A stretch of 37,408 bases of DNA from Catajapyx aquilonaris. Lineage: Eukaryota. The first letter of the stretch is position 1, and the number at the start of each line of letters is the position of its first letter. The DNA lies in assembly GCA_000934665.2 (NCBI GenBank), contig KZ538258.1, positions 62,001 to 99,408 on the forward strand, in the 5' to 3' direction. Below are positions 35,380 to 37,408 of the stretch, piece by piece. The notes under the pieces were generated by a model. That model was not told where the DNA came from, made no database searches, and worked only from the letters and a program-made list of their open reading frames with translations. The translations under genes and the position numbers were made by a program.

Positions 35380-36018
35380 ATTACGAGCTGGACTGGCCAA
35401 TAATCCCGTATTTATTAACACTCAAACATACAAATATACCAACTTGAAAGTCTCGGTTACAGGATCCAGACCAAATTCTCGCTGATGTAGACGGAGAAAT
35501 CGTTAATGAGATGCGTCCAAATCCAAACTGCGAGTTGCACGCGTAATGCATGAAGGTGTAGCTGAAAACTCAAATCCATTGCAATTCACTGGAAGGGATG
35601 CCTTCGTTCAACTTAATATTAGCAGCTATAGTATTTTCGTCAACCGGAAAAGTAATTGCTTCATCTAAGCAGTTTAGTTCAAAAAATAATAATAATTGCA
35701 AATTACTACAGGCCCTTCGAGTTGCAACATACTCAGACCTCATATGCGACCCTCGTGTGTAAATCGCGTATACATCGAGTAAATGCTTCTTGCCTGCAAC
35801 ATGCTGCATTTAAACTACCATTATCCCACAAACGCGGGTGGTAGTCATGTTTGATTGTATTATTGATTGTATTAAAATATTTGTGTCATGTATCTCATCT
35901 TGAATGCCGTACCCCTACCTGGCTGCGCCTCTAGTAAGAAATTTGTAACTGAGACGTCTGTGGCATTTTCACCTAGTAAGCTTAGAGTGCAATTTAGTGG
36001 CATTTTTGTTTTTGTTTC

Positions 36019-36019
<1 letters not shown>

Positions 36020-36117
<98 letters not shown>

Positions 36118-36142
36118 TATTATTATTATTATTATTATTATT
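36020..36142. repeat. Compound microsatellite (ATT)n(ATC)n(ATT)n
   Basis: Seen directly. Confidence 0.98.
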
Positions 36143-36158
36143 GGGGTCTATTATTATA

Positions 36159-36260
36159 CAGAGAAACCTGTGTACAGTGGAATCGCTCCGTTCAGCAAAA
36201 AGTTTCCGCTATATTGGACTAAAATACATGGACTACCTATGGGATGTACCACTGGCAAAT
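36159..36260 (+). mobile_element. Tigger/pogo-like left-end fragment
   Basis: TA|CAGAGAAACCTGTGTACAGTGGAA...TTCCGCTATA; no partner TIR found. Confidence 0.4.
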
Positions 36261-36419
36261 CAGCAGGGCAACATGAATTGACTGGGAGGGACACCGAAGT
36301 GTAGCAAAAATTGGGTGTGCTAAGGGTAAAAGTCCAGGCAACCCCTGCTTTAAAAGTGGCACAACTACCTTACTTAGCATTCAAAAACCTTTACTGAATA
36401 AATCACATGTGAGACATTA

Positions 36420-36900
36420 TTTTTATTTGTTTATTATTATTAATACCCAATTCTCCGACCTTGATCCTTTTTTGCCATGATTTACAAGTTAAGAACATAA
36501 TTACATTAGTTTACAAACGTTTGAAAAGAAAGAATACAAGTGAAAAATATTATGTTTAGATAATTATATTATCAAAAACAAATGGTAATAACTCGGATGG
36601 GAGAACAGCAAGTGCATATACAGTAGGTTGAGTTTGCGAGGAATGATGAAGATGGGGCATTCGAATAAAATATGGTGATGAGTTAATTAATTTAGAATGT
36701 GTGTACCTATATGTGTTTGGTCCAGGCTTGTTAGTATATGTGTTTTTTATTGCGTCTCGGTTGTTTTAAGTGTGAAGGGTAAATCAGTTTGAAGGTCTTG
36801 CCAGGTTAGCCCAAGGGATTCTAATAATACTTTCCAGGATTTGTACCAGTTGTTTCGGTTGGGTGGAGACATTATTTAGGCTCCTATGCACATCATTTTA
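36420..36900 (-). mobile_element. Decayed 3' end of a non-LTR retrotransposon
   Basis: Minus-strand relic HHILFECP (C-terminal CCHC knuckle motif) at ~36655-36680 and an A-rich tail near 36420-36440. Confidence 0.4.
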
Positions 36901-36972
36901 ATTGGATGGATAAGTTTACTTAATACTTAAATGGTTCTATTGACATTAGTCACAGTATTTTCTTACTCATTA

Positions 36973-36975
<3 letters not shown>

Positions 36976-37003
<28 letters not shown>
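36976..37003. repeat. (GAT)n microsatellite
   Basis: Seen directly. Confidence 0.95.
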
Positions 37004-37005
<2 letters not shown>

Positions 37006-37408
37006 AACAATAATAATTTATTACTCCCTTGGGCCTTTTAGGGAATCCCCTTTTAAGTAACCTAATTTTGTTTGTCAAGTTGATGATAATATAACAATCA
37101 CTTCTACAATTAGTGGATCACAAAGTGTGGTCTAGCACTCACTAAACAGCTGCAAGGGCACGTCAGGTGGGCCATAAACTGATCAAAACTTCCTGTCATT
37201 GTTGGAATTCTGCAGAAATATGACCATTTGATATGGAAGTCATGGCCAAAAAGAGTGGGGGGATTACTTGTTCTGCCAAATTGAATTTGGCAAAAGAAAA
37301 GTTAGAGAAACATTAGGGGGCACGGCAGTGCCCCCGCCAAGTTCTCGCCGCACTGCCCGCCACCTTTACCCGACACAACTCACGTCATTTTGACCCCCTC
37401 GAATCTTC

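Noticed and set aside
35085..35485. Poly-Lys/Phe ORFs
   Set aside because: Products of the poly(A) tract inside a TIR element.
35872..36304. ORFs with poly-Ile/Leu/Met runs
   Set aside because: Translations of the (ATT)/(ATC) microsatellite.

Overview
Eukaryotic, AT-rich genomic DNA, most likely arthropod; I cannot name the species. The window holds three minus-strand gene units. (1) A complete 13-exon SID-1/SIDT1/SIDT2-like transmembrane gene (CDS 20132->3893, 825 aa by my splice reconstruction) with an intact CREST-type Zn site. (2) A two-exon hydrophobic membrane-protein fragment (21644->21283) with no identifiable 5' exons. (3) A secreted Thr/Ser/Pro-rich protein of about 666 aa (32155->24911) carrying one 6-Cys clip-like module and basic cleavage sites. 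Introns and intergenic DNA are dense with non-autonomous or decayed transposons: mariner, Tc1-like, pogo/Tigger, hAT, piggyBac-like, Kolobok-like, Chapaev3-like, Helitron ends and a tRNA-Gly-derived SINE. Many are nested, and many are long fold-back palindromes. I found no CRISPR array or prokaryote-type system and cannot support a new biological system. The best leads are the protease-less clip-like secreted protein, a possibly nested or shared-exon gene arrangement, mariner fold-back elements built from two transposase 3' ends, and the load of long hairpins in the SID-1-like pre-mRNA.
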